A model generated the notes under the pieces. It worked only from the letters and a program-made list of their open reading frames with translations. It ran no database searches and had not been told where the DNA came from. A stretch of DNA of 64,000 bases, from positions 5,292,101 through 5,356,100 of the forward strand of contig NC_092677.1 in the NCBI RefSeq assembly GCF_964355755.1. Direction: 5' to 3'. The translations under genes were made by a program, and so were the position numbers. This document shows, piece by piece, positions 37,201 to 51,890 of the stretch (position 1 is its first letter; every line of letters begins with the position of its first letter). The DNA comes from Antedon mediterranea (lineage: Eukaryota; Animalia; Echinodermata).

Positions 37201-40200
37201 TTCTGCTAACATATCAAAAATCACATGGTATAAGCTTGTTGAAGGTGAAGAAATTATGTTGCTGACATCAGCTGATTCACGCTATGAATGTGAATATTTG
37301 GATTCAAAGAACAGTGTATGTTTTAATATCAACAATGTTGAACCTGAAGATGAAGGAGAGTACATATGTGAAGTAGAAGTTAAAGGAAGACAGAAAATAT
37401 ACAGATGTTCTGGAAGGCTAACGGTTAAAGGTAATGTATATGCTGCCAAATTAAAATACCTGGAATACCCGAGGTTGCAAATTCTTGAAATTTAATTGTG
37501 AATCCAAATCAAACATACTGTAAATTTGAAGATGTAAACAACATTTTCCCACACACTTGCTTATAGCAATACTCATCAACAAAAGCATTTCTTAGGTAGT
37601 TTTTTTGTTGTTTGAATTCCAATATTTGGTTCATTCTGTCATTAATATCTACTGTTTTGAAACTGTGTTCATATTATGGTATCATTACATGAGTTGATTC
37701 TTTTTTTATATATAGAAACATTAGGGGCCTACTCCCAAAAAAAGTAAGCAACTCTTACAAGTTGCAGTTACTGTATAATGGTGACAAAAATGTTTGTTTT
37801 TAATTAAATTTTGTTTGAACCATTTGTATTTGTAGGTCCTATAAAAATGGATATTCCTGATGTTATAACCAATAAAGGTGTGGAATGTGATAAGTTGTTG
37901 TTGAAACTTACATATTTTGATAAGTCTGCTGAAATATCTAATATCACATGGTATAAGCAGGTTGAAGGTGAAGCAAAAGAGCTGACATCATGGCAGTCAC
38001 CTAATCCAACATCCGTACAGTCACCTGATCCAACATCCATACAGTCACCTGATCCAACATCTGTACAGTCACCTGATCCAACATCCGTACAGTCACCTGA
38101 TCCAACATCCGTACAGTCAGCTGATCCAACATCCGTACAGTCACCTGATCCAACATCCGTACAGTCACCTGATCCAACATCATCACAGTCACCTGAGCCA
38201 ACATCACGCTATGAAATGGGATTTGTGGGTCAGAGCAATGTATATCTCAACATCAGCAATGTTGAATTTGAAGATGCAGGAGAGTACATATGTGAAGTGA
38301 AAATTGCAGGAAGACAGAAAACATACAGTTGTTCTGGAACTTTAACAGTTCAAGGTAATATATCTAAAAACATTTCTTTGCTGGAATTAAATACTACACT
38401 ACTAATACAACCTTGGAAGTAATATGTTTAGAAATGGCAAATGTGGTGATTTCTACAAGATTAACAATAATAGTGAAAAATAATTGTATATTCCTACTTT
38501 CAGATATGACACTAAATGACTGTCTTGTGACAGTTGAAGATAAAGCTGTTTTAACTTGCAGGTATCAAATTAAGAATCCAGTAAAAGCTATCAATTGGTA
38601 TAAGAAGACTTTTGGTGAATACAAGATGATATTTACTTCTGATACATTCAATCAGAAGATAGCAAATGTACCAGAAAGATATAAAGCAACTTTTAAGGAT
38701 AATGAAACAAGCTTAGAGTTTGAGCAAGTGTCGGTAACTGATGCTGGAGAGTACATGTGTAAACTTGAGATTGAGCGCTGTACACCAATGACCAAATTAG
38801 CAAACTTGTCTGTACAATGTAAGTAGATTTTAAAATATTTAATTTTCCATAAAAACTGATATTAATGTTGACTGTATTGATTGTATTATTTTATACCTAT
38901 AGACTGGCTATTATAATCAATCAAATAGTATGTAAACCATGTGATTTAAATGTATTTATAGTACTTGTTAATAATAAATTTCTCTTGTGCCATTTGGCCA
39001 TTTATTCACAATATTATACAATCAGTTCAATACATAAAATTAAGAGGATACATATTTTTCAAAATGTTTGCTCCATTTACGTTTAGTTGCTTCTTTTTGT
39101 AATATAATTGAATTATTATTAATAACGTTTATTTCAAATATACCCAATTAAAAGGATAAATCAGTTTGAAATTTAATGGTTTGACTTGTTATTTTAAAGT
39201 AAGTAAGTAAGTAAAGTTTGGTGACACCTATACATTAATATGTTTTGTTTTTGTAGTTGATGTGTTTACTGGAGTTGATGAACTAGGTAACACATACAGG
39301 TAATTGCCTTAATATCTATTACCACCATGGTTCTAAAAATCAAAACATTTAAAACTGCATGACTGGTTTGTTGATATTCATTCATAATTGTAAATTGTTT
39401 TTTTTCTCGTTATACTTTACAAGACTTTTTTTATTTCCCATTTTCAATCTTTTTTTTTTTCTTGGTTTATACTTTATAGACACCCTGCGGTAGTCTTTCT
39501 GAATTCCAATTTACTTGTCTTTTGTGTGAAAAACAACTCGGATGTAATAATTAGAAGAGGAAAGATGAACAAGAAGAGTTTGATTGAATGGGAAGAATCA
39601 AGAGTTATTTTACATAAAAAAGATACTAGGTATTAGATAATGAAAATATTAATCTAATTTTGTATTGCATAAAAAGATTATTAAAGTTTATTTTAAAAAT
39701 TCACATTAAAAATTGATTCTAACTCTTGAGTACAATGCTTTAATGAAATGTATCTGCTTAAAAAAAGGGGATACAATTACAAATCTCAGTATTATTTTAA
39801 AGCACTAATTAATTATAAAATTACCATGACCATTACCTATCTTTGCACTGCTGCATTGTTTAATATTTACTGTACAGCTATCATAATCTAGTACCAATTG
39901 TAACAAATAATGGAAAGGTGATTCTAATGTGTGGTAAAAAAGATAATAACAACACAAAAGAGAGGAAGATGATAAGGCTGAAATCTGATGATAATGGAGA
40001 GAATTGGATTGAAGCATGTAATGTAGAAAACTCTCCAGGCGATATTCTAAGTAAGTTATTTTCAAATATTAAAGCTGAGATTAATGCACTTTTCAGGGTT
40101 GGATCCATGATTTATTTTGTTTTATATATGGTTTTATGTGTCTTTTATCGGTTTTTATGTGAAATCTTTTGCCAACAACTTTTTATTTTTCAGGCCTAGG

Positions 40201-41598
40201 TCATGGTGTATGTTTAGATTCAGGGAAATTAGTTATTGCAGGAGTTGAAAATCTGGACAATAACGAGAGTAAGAAAAGTAACACAATTAATAAACTTTTG
40301 TAAAATTATGGATGTGCTTAATATTAATATTCAAACAATAATAAAAAAATGATTTATCTTTTGTAAGTTCAACATACTGTAATTTAACATAACATCACTA
40401 ATTGTATTGTGTATCATTAAAAATAAATATAACAGTGACATTGTTTTTTTTGTGGAATTTGAAGAATTGTGTTTGTGTTGTTTTTGCAGGAAAACTATTT
40501 GTAATGACCAGTACTGATGATGGTGACACTTGGAGTATTGTATATGCTGAAGAGAACACTGGTATGCATCTCATAAGTCTATATTTAAAGAAACATTGAT
40601 TTTTCTTCCTTTCTAAACACCTTACAGATTTTATCTGACAAATGTTATTTTTAGAAAATTGTAAGAAAAGTATGAATTCTGCAAATAATTCAGCAAATCT
40701 TTTGTTTGTGTAGAAAATCTTTGGAGTACTGATAACCTTAACAGTTGGGAACTTCTAAATACTGTTAAACCACAAGATGCTACCTTAGGAGAACACATAC
40801 AAGTAAGATTAAAGAAGCTTTTCATTAAGAGACACTCTAGTAGTTTAATAGTATCTCTATGGTTTAGTTTGAGAATGGATTATTTTTGTCAAACACGAAC
40901 TTTAGTTTACTGCTTTAAGTGCCATTTTGGCATAATATCTCATTTGTTCATTAGGTTGTTGAATATGCAAATGACCAAGTTTACATCAGCTGTTCTTTGG
41001 AGAACAGTAATCAACGTTTGACTGCATACAGCAATGATGGATGTGAAACATTTGAAATTGATAATGAATTATTGGAGGCAAATCCAGAATGTCAGGTAAT
41101 CTACATGCAAGTCTTGTATATCTAATGTATTGTCAACTGTCTAGTCTCATCTATTGTGGTACTGAGTGTTGTCGTTGCTATGGTGTGAGAACTTATAATT
41201 GTTGTGTCCAATCAAATGACAAAGATCTACGTAACTGTAAAAAACTGCTTTGTCTCATATTAATATAATTAAAATGTTATATAAATTGTATTATTACCTA
41301 GGGTGGTATTGTACGTTTACCAATCAAGACAGATGAGTTCTACCAAATAGCAATGGCAAGTCATGGAAATGAAACAGATAAGGATCTTACACTTTACTTA
41401 AGTGAAGATGGTTGTAAAACCTGGTCTCAGTTTAATACACTAGGTGCAGCGAATGCAGAAGAATCTGACCTAGCTTATTACAGTGTAAAAGAAGGGAAAG
41501 AAGAAGCAAAAGGAATAGTGTGTGTTTACAGTTATGGTTCAGAAACAAAGGGTTATAAGATTGGAATTCAGTTAAATTCTAACAAAGAAATTATGTAA
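25237..41598 (+). CDS. Gene A2 (complete span): SP, IgV, 3 Ig, TM, Cys-string/split Ig, 4 Ig, sialidase-like domain; possible +1 frameshift at the end of the V exon
   Basis: Exons 25237-25282 (MHLLVGVVIFLVFTNG), 25533-25869, 26554-26862, 26980-27207, 27414-27680, 30747-30836 (TM), 31212-31472, 31724-31763, 31926-32085, 33099-33183, 35103-35121, 35779-35795, 36071-36202, 36482-36793, 37113-37430, 37836-38354, 38504-38818, then sialidase exons 39257-41598 collinear with A1. Confidence 0.78.
27849..28467. mobile_element. Non-autonomous TTAA-TSD DNA transposon (Kolobok-like, AG...CT termini), copy 1
   Basis: TTAA-AGACCCCTTCCCT...AGGGAAGGGGGCT-TTAA; near-identical to 32444-33069. Confidence 0.75.
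28749..30272. mobile_element. Non-autonomous DNA transposon with 4-bp TSD (Sola2-like GGG...CCC termini)
   Basis: TIRs GGGTCATTCTTCAGTAAGTGTCTA / TAGACACTTACTGAAGAATGACCC, flanked by CTTT on both sides. An internal CATCTCCGTCAC motif is repeated. Confidence 0.75.
32444..33069. mobile_element. Non-autonomous TTAA-TSD DNA transposon (Kolobok-like), copy 2
   Basis: The empty site actataTTAAcaaaat at about 1925-1940 in A1 shows the TTAA duplication. Confidence 0.85.
34236..34672 (-). mobile_element. Penelope-type pLTR-like insert in the (TA)n tract of A2
   Basis: Not similar by eye to the A1 insert at the same site. It starts with a 17-bp inverted repeat (34236-34275) and carries a minimal hammerhead. 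Confidence 0.55.
34386..34426 (-). ncRNA. Minimal type I hammerhead ribozyme
   Basis: Reverse complement reads gca-CTGATGA-agggc/tagtgtt/gccc-GAAA-gc-TC-tgc. Confidence 0.7.
37994..38209 (+). repeat. 24-bp coding tandem repeat (QSPDPTSV x9) in an Ig exon of A2
   Basis: Seen in ORF 37811..38422. Confidence 0.92.
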
Positions 41599-42798
41599 AA
41601 AAGAGAAAAATTTTTTATGCATTAAATATCATCTACACTATTTATTGTCTTTTTTTTAGATTTAACAATGTTGTCTTATTTATACAGATAATTGTTTGTT
41701 TTGTAGGTAGGAAATCTGTATTAATGCTTTATAACAATATAATAGGTTGTAGTATGAAATGGTAATTTGTTTTATTAGTATAAGTCGTTATTATCTTTTA
41801 TGTATTTCTACCTAGCTTAATGGCATAACCAAACGTTGCTACCTACTTTAAAATAGTATTAAAGATTGACATTTTTTTAAATAGTTAGATTTCAGAATAT
41901 ATAGTATGTAATTTGCATGGTAATGCCAGCAACAGCGGTAAAATTAAAATTAAATTAGGCCTGTTTAACTTTATTAATAACACGTTCAAGCTAATTTCTA
42001 TCATTATTGTAATCATCTAGCATTTGTAATTGTGAATACAGTACTAAAAATAATGTAAATACTCAATAATTAAGTTTTTAATATTACAATAACAAGAACA
42101 ACGACGTGATTATTACATGATTGTGTATCTTTTCAATAGAGTATCGTACGATAAAATTTAACACATTTTCGGTGTAAACGTCTGCAATAATAAAGTATTT
42201 TCCTTTTTAAAACGTTAATTTAGTGTTATAGAATGTGGTTATCGGTGAATTTTTGTTGTTGAAAATACTACAATCGCCAAATGAAATGGTTAGTATACTG
42301 CTGTTGACCTACAAATACCGTAAAGTTGTCCTTACTGATGTGTGGTGGTCGTAATACTCAATCCACCCATTTAATCTATTAACTGTACATATTTTTGTGA
42401 ACTTTTGCATTGATTGATTGATATGATACCACAATCGTGTGCTATCGTTCACAATAAAGTTCTATCAGTATCGAAATTACTGACTTTAATACTACCATGT
42501 AGGCGCTTATGGCTGATCTAATCTAAACTTCCTCTCCAGTTGGCGCGCAATTTCAACTGCCCCTAACATCCCGTGAAATATAATATGTAATGTACATAGT
42601 AGGCTGTTTCTAGCGCAAAACTATTAAAAAGGTTTTTGTTTAATAATTAGTTTTTTTTAAACGAGCAATCAGCACCGCTTACTTTGAGTAACAAGCACAT
42701 GTTAAAATGTAAAAATACCATGGCAAAGTATTTCATTTTTAAATTCTCTAAAACTCATGCTACTTAATTTACTTTAATCTTGGTGATCATGAATATTG

Positions 42799-45700
42799 TT
42801 AGTCATAAAACTGTTTACAGTAATAAGGTTCTTCAACCTTTCCTTTTTGTGACGTACTACTAATTACAGCATCATTAGGTTCTGCATAAACTTCCAAATA
42901 ACTTGCAGAAATAAGACCTTCGTACTCGGGACTTCGGCGTTCCATTTTAATTTCTCCTCTTTCCTAAAGGAGCAATACAAATATCGGTATTAACCTCATT
43001 GAGTGTGAGCGAATATTTTTAGATTATTTAAGTTAGATTAAAAATCAATTACTGTTTGTCTTGGATGACGGTTCAATAAATGGTGTCACAATGTGTAAAT
43101 TTTAAATAGTTTTACCTCTACTTTGTCAATGCATTCCGTTTTCGACATAGGCTTGACATATCCCTCGTCATCTAGGCATTCTGTTTTCGACATAGGCTTG
43201 ACATATCCCTCGTCATCTAGGCATTCCGTTTTCGACATAGGCTTGACATATCCCTCGTCATCTAGGCATTCTGTTTTCGACATAGGCTTGACATATCCCT
43301 CGTCATCTAGGCATTCTGTTTTCGACATAGGCTTGACATATCCTTCGTCATCTAAGCATTCTCTTTTCGACATAGGCTTGATATATCCCTCGTCATCTTT
43401 GTTTACATCTAAGCTTGTCGAAATTTGCAAACATTGATTCTTAGGATTTTCATGTTCCATTTCTGTTACTTCTCTCTGTAAAACAGCCAATATATAATTT
43501 AGTTTGTGAGTTTTCATGATACAATTTTGATGTTAAATCTTGTCACTTATTGACACATTTCGGTATGCTCTTCTGGAAATAGATTGTACCTAAACTAAAT
43601 TTAAACATTACTGATCATTTTTAAAGTCAGACATAGTTAATAAATCAGAACTTAAATATAAAACTATTATCTTTAACTTGTTATGTCACAGTTTTCTAAC
43701 TACAGAAATGTTTGTTTTACTACCGACTGGTAACCAATTGTTACTTTAGTAGGTGACGTAGGCTTGACATATCCCTCGTTATCTATGTCGACATCAGATG
43801 TTGCTGACACTTGGTTCTTAAGATTTCTATACTCCAATTGTATTACTTCTCTCTGTAAAACATACAATAGATATTTTGGGAAGTTTTCGTGATAAGTTCA
43901 AAAAACATTTATTTATTCAACAATGGCATTATACAGTATAATATAATTATAGGTGTGTACATAAATGAAAACATAGTAATAAGCCATCATTTGGGGTCTT
44001 CTCTAGAAGAAAACAAGTTTCTTGTCTCGAGAAAGACCCCAGAAACAATACACATACATTTAATGTATCACTTATCTATTTAAAAATCTTGAGGTACCGG
44101 TACGCTCTGCTGGAAATATAACTAAAAGGTAGGATTTGAGTATTAAACTATGAATTGGTAAGACACAGTCTCTAAACTACAGTGTTTTCTACTACCAAAA
44201 CTTATAAACAATTGTTACTTTATTAGAAGTTGGCTTGACATATCCTTCGTCATCATAGCTAGTCGAAATGTGCAGACTACTAATTACAGCATCATTAAAT
44301 TCTTCATAAACTTCTAAATAACTTGCAGAAATCGGACCTTCGTACTCGGGACTTCGGCGTTCCATTTTAATTTCTCCTCTTTCCTAAAAGAGCAATACAA
44401 ATATATTTATTATCATCATTGAGTGTGAGAAAATAATTTGTTAATTTTTCTGTTGAGTGAAAGTCTGTGACTTTTTAGAAAATGTAATATATAATATTTC
44501 GTACGCCAGTGGCAAATAGCTGAGAGTGGAATGTACCCCAGATGTTCTTTTCGCTAAACCACAGGTACTAACAGTAAAAAAATTTAAAGAGCCATTAAAA
44601 TCACACCTCTTTTCTGAGGAATATAAAATTAATGGATAAATAAAATGAATCGGATTCTAAATCAGCTACAGTATGTGGTTGTTAGCACCTTGAGCACTTT
44701 TAGTGGATATGTGCGCTATAAAAATTATTATTGTTATCGTTATTATTACAGTCGATCGAATAAACTCCGCCATACTTTTTCTCTGTTTGGTAAATTAAGA
44801 AGTACTACTGTAGTCTTTTGTACTTAAAATGTTGAAATTCTATTTCTATTATTATTATATCAATATTTATAAAGCGTCAATTCAAAGACCGAGGTACAAA
44901 ATCAAAGGCGCTGGGCATGTTAGTGGTCGAAAAAATGAGTTTTGAGCAATTTTTTATATAAGGCAACAGAAGAGCAGTGTTTAATTTGGGGGGGGGGGGG
45001 AGTGAATTCCAGAGTGTGGGTGCTGCAAAAGAAAACGATCTATGACCAAAGGTTTTAGTGGCTATGCGTGGAACAGAGAGTAAAAAATCATCAGATGATC
45101 TAAGAGTCCGTCCAGGAACATAAAAGGTAATTAATTGACGGATGTAAGCAGGTTGGTTGCAAAGAAGTGCTTTGATACTTCTCGACTTCCGATGGTGAAC
45201 TGGTATCGCAATGTCAAATGTATATTTTAAATTACCTCAACTTTTGCGATACATTCTGCTTCAGACATAGGCTTGGCATATCCCTCGTCATCTATATTTA
45301 CATCAGAGTTTGTCGAAATTTGCAGACATTGGTTCTGGGGAATTGGAAGTGCCATTCGTGTTACTTCTCTCTGCAAAACATGCAATAAATCATTAATTAT
45401 GTTTTGTATATTTTGTGTTGAATTTTGACAGCCAACTGGTAACTTGTCAATGAATAATAATTATTTTAAACTCCATTCTGTATCATTTTGAATCAGTTCG
45501 CATTTGTCGTAATGGGAAAATAACTGCTTTTGAGTGTCAAGTCCGACCATAAAGTTGAAATTTAGTTGAGTTTTAGTATTAAACAATATTTACCTGTATT
45601 CTTGTTCTAGGCCTTTCTTTATTTGTCGTCCTGGTATCACCGGCGTCCACGGTATGCTCTTTGTTTATCTCTTTGTAATCTCCAACATTTGAAGGAAATT

Positions 45701-48700
45701 TCAATGTTTGATATTGAGGATTTTGATAATCAAAATGGATTTCTTTTATTTTTCTTACCTTAAAGAAACAATACGGATAACAGTAGATATAATATCGATT
45801 AAAATTGCATTTTAGGCCTAATTTTCTTTTGTAGTTAACTAACTGTCGTTCTATATTGTATTAATATATTAATAAGTTTTATTGATTTAAAATTACTTAC
45901 AAAAATATAACGGGTTATTAGAAACGTCGGGACGGAGCAAAGAATTGCAGTTAGGGCTACAGTTATCACCACAGTTATCATCGTGCCTATTGTATATAAA
46001 GCATAACCTAAAAAATGCAATGTGAATGTTGAAATTGGCCTATACACAATTGAACAGAACGTACAATATGTTAATTAATTATTATTATAATATATTGGAA
46101 ATCTCACTCTAGTAACAGTGGTACACTTTGTTGATAAAGTTGCGTCCAAATGATAAGTTAAATGAATGAAAATAAATGAAAAAATGTGTAAAATACAGCA
46201 TAGGCATACAAAAATAAGATTAATAACTTAAAATGAATAAAAATGATTCAAAGTAAATATGTTATTAAAAAAATGAACTGTAATAACATAATCTAACACA
46301 ATTTATACAAAAAAACAATAAAGAATACTGTGAATGCAGGTAATTTATTTATTTTTTTAAAATTTATTTATTCGACTTCTCACTAACTCAGTTAGTGAAG
46401 GATCTGGACCAACAGGTGGTAAACACCTCTAAAACGGTCCAGTCCCAATTTGCACAGTGGCTGTGAGTGACAGTGGCTGTGTTTGTGTGGACTAGTACAC
46501 CGGGGTAACCCCCTACTCGTCTCGAAAGATGTACTAGGTTCTTTAAAGTGCGCATGAGCTATGTGTACACTGGACCTACGGTTTATAGTCCTTATCCGAG
46601 AAGACTCGTTCTACCACCAGAACCATGGAGCGAGTGAGCCTCGAACCCTTGCCGATGTTATGGCTACTTAATTACGGTTCCACTGTCTTAACCGCTCGGC
46701 CACTCACTCACTCAATTTGAAATATTTTCCTTTTTAGTCAACTTTACCTGTATTGCAGTTCTCTAGTAATGTTGTTTCATTAAATATTTCGTTCTCTACA
46801 TAACATGTACAATTTGATTGATATATCTCATCATTGATTTCTATAGTTTCTGAATAGTTTTCTTTCTTAGTCACTTCTCCATTTTGCAATATCAATAGGC
46901 CTACTGATGATGTTTTTGGGTATCCCTCTACTGTAAATGTTGCAAGTCCATCTTCAGTTTTTAATGTTACAATGATATCTAAACAAAACAGAAGCTAAAA
47001 ACGTAACTATTAAACTACTATTAAAACACTGCTTGTTAAATCTAAAACACTGACTAAAGAACTTTTTAAAATGTTTAAATTTCTTCTACCTTAACATGCT
47101 CTACTGGTTTTTTTTTACATTTTGTTACGTCGATTAAGCTTTGTTACGTTAGTGGTTAATGTTAAATTAGCGGTTGATTGTTACGTTTACATACAATATA
47201 TGCTCAACTGTTTTCCTTCACTTGTTTTAGCATCTTCTCCTTTAAACTGATCACTTTCTGCTTTGCATGTGTAATCCCCATCATCTTCTTTAGTAGCTGA
47301 CGTAATCTTAAAAACTGACTCTGTACTGTTGTCTGTGATATTAGATCTAGAAGTATTAACTGTCTGTCCATCCTTATACCATGTAATGTGAGGAATAGGA
47401 TAACCATCAGGTTTTCTACATGTAAAGGTTACTGATTGACTTTTAAAGACAGTGCTTTCTGTTGCACGAAGACGTGGTTGATCCAAATCTAATAATAAAA
47501 AGTATCGTCTACTCAAAACACTTACGTTACAAAGAGTAAAGAGAATTATGTAACTTAACTTTCTGTTTAATTGTTATTAAAATAGTTATTACATCAAGTG
47601 TAACTGGAATTTCCATAGATGTGATATTTAATGTGTAAAAGGATGCCATTTTATTTCCATTTAAACGCAAATATTTGAATTACTAATTCTAGGGAATTAT
47701 TTACATAGCTGGATGTTGTTACTCACAATATACAGTTAGTATAGATGTGTTTGATCTTTCAATATCTCCATCTGTTGTCGTTACCTCACACTGAAATCTT
47801 CGTTGAGAGTCATATCTCATTGGCTCTAAGATCACCAAGTCACCTTTCCCGGGTGATGTGATTAATTTAAAACGGTCATTTTCTGGCTTATTATCATTTA
47901 CAAGGTTTATGGTAGATCCATCTTCATTTATTTCATCCCATTGTATTCCAGCAAATGTAGAAGTAACTTTTAAATAATCACAAGTTATCACCACTTGGGC
48001 ATCACCTTCCTTGGATTCCTGGTCAGATGTTGTCACCAATTGACCACGTGATTCTAACAAATGAGAATACAAAACGTTAGCCTCATTAGGTAGTAAAATG
48101 ACTAATTAGAACTATTTAAATATACTATTTTCATTGTTAGTTTAGCAACACAACTGAAATGTGAACTGCATTATTCAAAGTCATTTTCATTTTCAAAATC
48201 ATTTTCATTTTCAATTGCTCTAGTACATAAACACGCAAGTTGGAAAGGTTGTTGAAAAACATCAAATGACGTAGGCCTACCGTTAGCCTACTTCCATTAT
48301 TCGTCGAATAATGACTGACTACTTAGAAACATAGTAAATATCTAACCTTATATTATTTCATTATAAACAATAATAAAGATATTTATTATAATTACCAATT
48401 AAATAATTTGTAACAATTAGCACCGCCAACCATATCTGAGAAATACAAAATAGTTAAGCCATTTATTGAATAAAAAAAGTAATATTCAACTTCACTATAG
48501 TATTTTAGAGTTTACATAGACATAATGATATATTGCTACTCCCCCGGAACGACCTTCTTCATCCTCATCTTATGTATAATCAGAATGAATTTTGGTTTAA
48601 CATCTAACATCCTCATACAAATGCAATTGTATCGACTTCGTATAGCAGTTGCAATAAGAGACCAGTACTTCAAAATAATGCAAGATCATTCGTAACACAT

Positions 48701-48922
48701 AATAGAAATGTCATCTTGCTGGTATCATTGTTCACCATGATACATCATAGACCAATCAGCATTAAAAATCAAGATTGTCATCAAAATCAAATGACACATT
48801 TGTAGATGCCTTTGTCATTATCGATATTTATTTCATTATGATCATTGTTAATTCACATCAGTAGGCCTACCCCACCGATCATAATAAAAAGATTAACTTA
48901 TAAATGATTAACTTACCGCCAT
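42799..48922 (-). CDS. Gene B2: type I Ig receptor (SP, IgV, 2 Ig, TM) with an ITAM/ITIM/YxxP-rich tail
   Basis: Exons 48922-48917 (MA), 48435-48396 (IWLAVLIVTNYLIG), 48053-47727 (V), 47488-47195, 46978-46748, 46007-45901 (TM), 45758-45594 (ITAM), 45370-45236, 44383-44219, 43852-43745, 43475-43116, 42963-42799 (stop). Confidence 0.8.
43128..43397 (-). repeat. 45-bp coding tandem repeat, DDEGYVKPMSKTECL x6
   Basis: Seen in ORF 43086..43517. Confidence 0.95.
44851..45176 (-). mobile_element. L2-clade LINE 3' fragment
   Basis: Minus strand encodes PAYIRQLITFYVPGRTLRSSDDFLLSVPRIATKTFGHRSFSFAAPTLWNSLP, with a short (TAA)n tail. Absent at the B1 site near 17980. Confidence 0.8.
46347..46713 (-). 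mobile_element. tRNA-derived SINE
   Basis: Minus-strand A box TGGCCGAGCGGTTAAG, B box GGTTCGAGGC, (AAAT)n tail and flanking AATTT repeat. Absent in B1 (about 19110). Confidence 0.8.
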
Positions 48923-50889
48923 CTCTACAGTTAGGCCTATAATATACCACCCGCAACACGCTTGTTAAAATTATAATTATGCGATAAGATTTACATGGCA
49001 GTCTTATAAACTGTGTAATTGTTTATTTCGCTTTCGTGGAAAGACATCCTACTAGTAACAGTCGTAAAGTAATTACGTTGTTGAATTAAATTGTTATTAC
49101 TAATTATATCGTTTAATTTGATTCAATTATACCATGAGACAATAAAGACAGTTATAGACCTATTAGTATTATTATTATTAAAAAAAATCATGTCCTTAAA
49201 AAAAACAATAAAGCAATAGTAGCCTAATATTAATAATTGTATTTAATATACTTTATTCAAACACTTACTAACTATCCTACGCAACTAGAGGGCGGGCAGC
49301 CTCCAAAGATCGAATCGAACTTCGCTCTCTCCACCTCCTGCACCACCCAACCCACACCTACACCACTACAAAACAAAAAAGATGGGAGTGTTTGGTAGGC
49401 GTAACCTACATAACGTAAGCAGATTGATCTTTTATTTTAAACGGGAGCTACAGAAAATCCATTTGTTTGTAACTGTACCTCAAAGCTAGGTCTGGTTAAG
49501 TCGGCCCAATAATTTTATTTTTAAATCATTGTGATTGATTTTGTGCCGATATGGTGAAACTGAAAGTGAAGGTTCAAAGTCCCATTCCCAGCGAGACTGG
49601 GTGTGGTAGGCCGGGTGGGCTAGCTAGGATTAGGATAAGTTTTTAAGAATGTGCCATTTGGCATCTGCTGTCTGGTATTTAGGCCTACTGTAGGCCTACT
49701 TCCACACCTTGAAAACTCAATTTAAAACATTCACCAACTGTACAATGATGGTTTTCACGCAGCTGCTGCTCTAGCCCGCTACGTCACAAGAGATGACGTA
49801 ATCCGATATAAAGCAAGCAGCAGTAGTACTGAAGCCTGGTTTCCAGTCGACGTAAGAAATTAGAATTTCTTACGATTGCGTCGTTTTTACATTGGAAATT
49901 GAAAATCGACAGGAAACCGGTTGAAAAAAGCTAAATGTCAAAACGACGTAACGCAAGTAGAAATCGTCGTAGTACAAGTGTTTGACAGGAAACCGGTGAC
50001 TGAAGCTTCCGTCTGTTACGTCGATATTCGACGGTTCGACAGGAAACCGGTGAATTTCTGGATGAACATGCCTTACGATTCGATTTTTTACCCTTCCGCT
50101 TACGCTTACGAAAGTTGACTTGAAGTCAACTTTCGTAAGCGTAAGCGCAATGATCGTAAGAACCAGCCAATCAGTGACGAGGATTATGTGACGTTGGCAA
50201 GAAGGTCAAAGCTTCGAAAGGTGATAGAAAGTAGAAAGTACCGTATATATTAAGAATTGTTGACAATAATGATACGTAAATAAACATGAACCACTTTTTT
50301 TTTTTCAATTCGTGATAGAATGTAATAATTTAGGTGGATGAAATACGAAATAGATGTAAGAAATATACAAAATTGTCTTGCTTGTTACTTATTATAATTA
50401 TATAAACATTATAAAAATACGATATAATGGGTAAAAATAATACACACAGACGGACTAAATTAAAAACGTTATGGCAATACCATTTCATAAAATGTCAGAG
50501 AACAGTGTCATCATCAGGATCATCAGTATAACAATACGTTCACCTGGCATAGTTTGCGTTCAAAAGCAGGTGAGGAAAAGTTACGTAATGATTTTGTTTT
50601 AATTGTATGATGAAGGTAGGTTGGGAAATAAATTAATGATATATATTTATTAAATTCACCGAAGTGTTTGCTTGAATCATGGATTAAAGAATAGATTCTT
50701 TAATCCATGCTTGAATCTAAACACAATTTATAGGCATATGATAATTCATTTGATAATGAAAATAAATAATTATAATTAGCCTACATCATTTGAATTTATT
50801 TATAAAAAAGGAAATAAAAACCGGGTAAAAAAATCCAATAGATGAACTGTAGGCCTATATGTAAATAACATCGCTGGGTAAAAAAATCC

Positions 50890-51433
50890 AATAGATGTAA
50901 AGAAGTCCGTGTGTTTGACGCTATTCAAGCTTATCTTTGTCTATATGACAAAAATACCAAAGAATACAAAAGTGGAAAACGGGGAAAAAAAATGCGTGGG
51001 AAGCTGTTTCTAAAGATGTTAACGTCGCAGTAGAAGAGTGCCAACAAATTTATAACACTCGAAGAACAGCATTTTCCAGGTAGAGTGTAAGGCCTAGGCT
51101 AGGCCCTTATTATTATTATTATAATCATAATTATAGTTATTATAATAATCGTTATTATTATTATTGTAATAATAATTATAATTATTATTACTTTTGTAGA
51201 CATCTAAAGAAGGTTAGGGCTAGTGTCCGTAGTGGTGCAGGCAGGGATGACATCCTCCCAATTGGCCATGAGTGGGAACACATGAGATGGTTGATTAAAC
51301 ATATAAATCATAGGAAGACACTAGAGTCCGAAGAAATGTCGATTTCATTAACCGAGTCGGAAGCTTCATCTGAATGCACACGGCTTTTTTTCCGAAACTC
51401 AACAAGTGTTGGAGCTGGACTTTGACGACTCAG
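50890..51433 (+). pseudogene. Harbinger accessory MADF/Myb-like DNA-binding protein (frameshifted)
   Basis: LYDKNTKEYK..KNAWEAV..EECQQIY..RTAFSR|HLKK..SGAG..WEHMRWL across an intron (51080-about 51199). Confidence 0.7.
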
Positions 51434-51890
51434 GTAAATAATTGTATTTATCAACCACCACACACTAAATTTTTTATCACACTATTTGAAATGAGGATAA
51501 ACAAATAAAAGTAATTTTACATCTCAATATCTCATTAACAACATTTAATAACATCTTCAAGTAGCAATCAAATATAAATATTTGTTAACGTTCTGCAACA
51601 TCAGCAATATATTTAAATAATTTTTGCTCATGTGAAATCGATTTTTATTTGGAATGTTTGGAAATGTAAACCATAGTACAAGGACAAGACAACAAAAAAT
51701 AATTATGAATGCAAGTTATAGCAAGCATAAACTACAACATTGTTATTTTTTTCTTCAATAAACAAGATTTGTCAATATTAAAAATTACTCAGAACATATT
51801 TGAAAATAGATTTAAAAAAATGTCATATAGATTATTTACAAAACAGGAAGATTACAAATACATATTTTAAACAATTTACTAACAACACTT

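Larger units (their letters stand above)
30460..47211 (+). repeat. Segmental duplicate of 1-19739 (3' halves of the A and B genes)
   Basis: Introns and exons are near-identical apart from TE indels and repeat copy number. Similarity stops at 19739/47211; the left end runs out of the window. Confidence 0.93.

Noticed and set aside
38001-38207. Minus-strand (MLDQVTVR)n ORF
   Set aside because: Antisense of the QSPDPTSV repeat.
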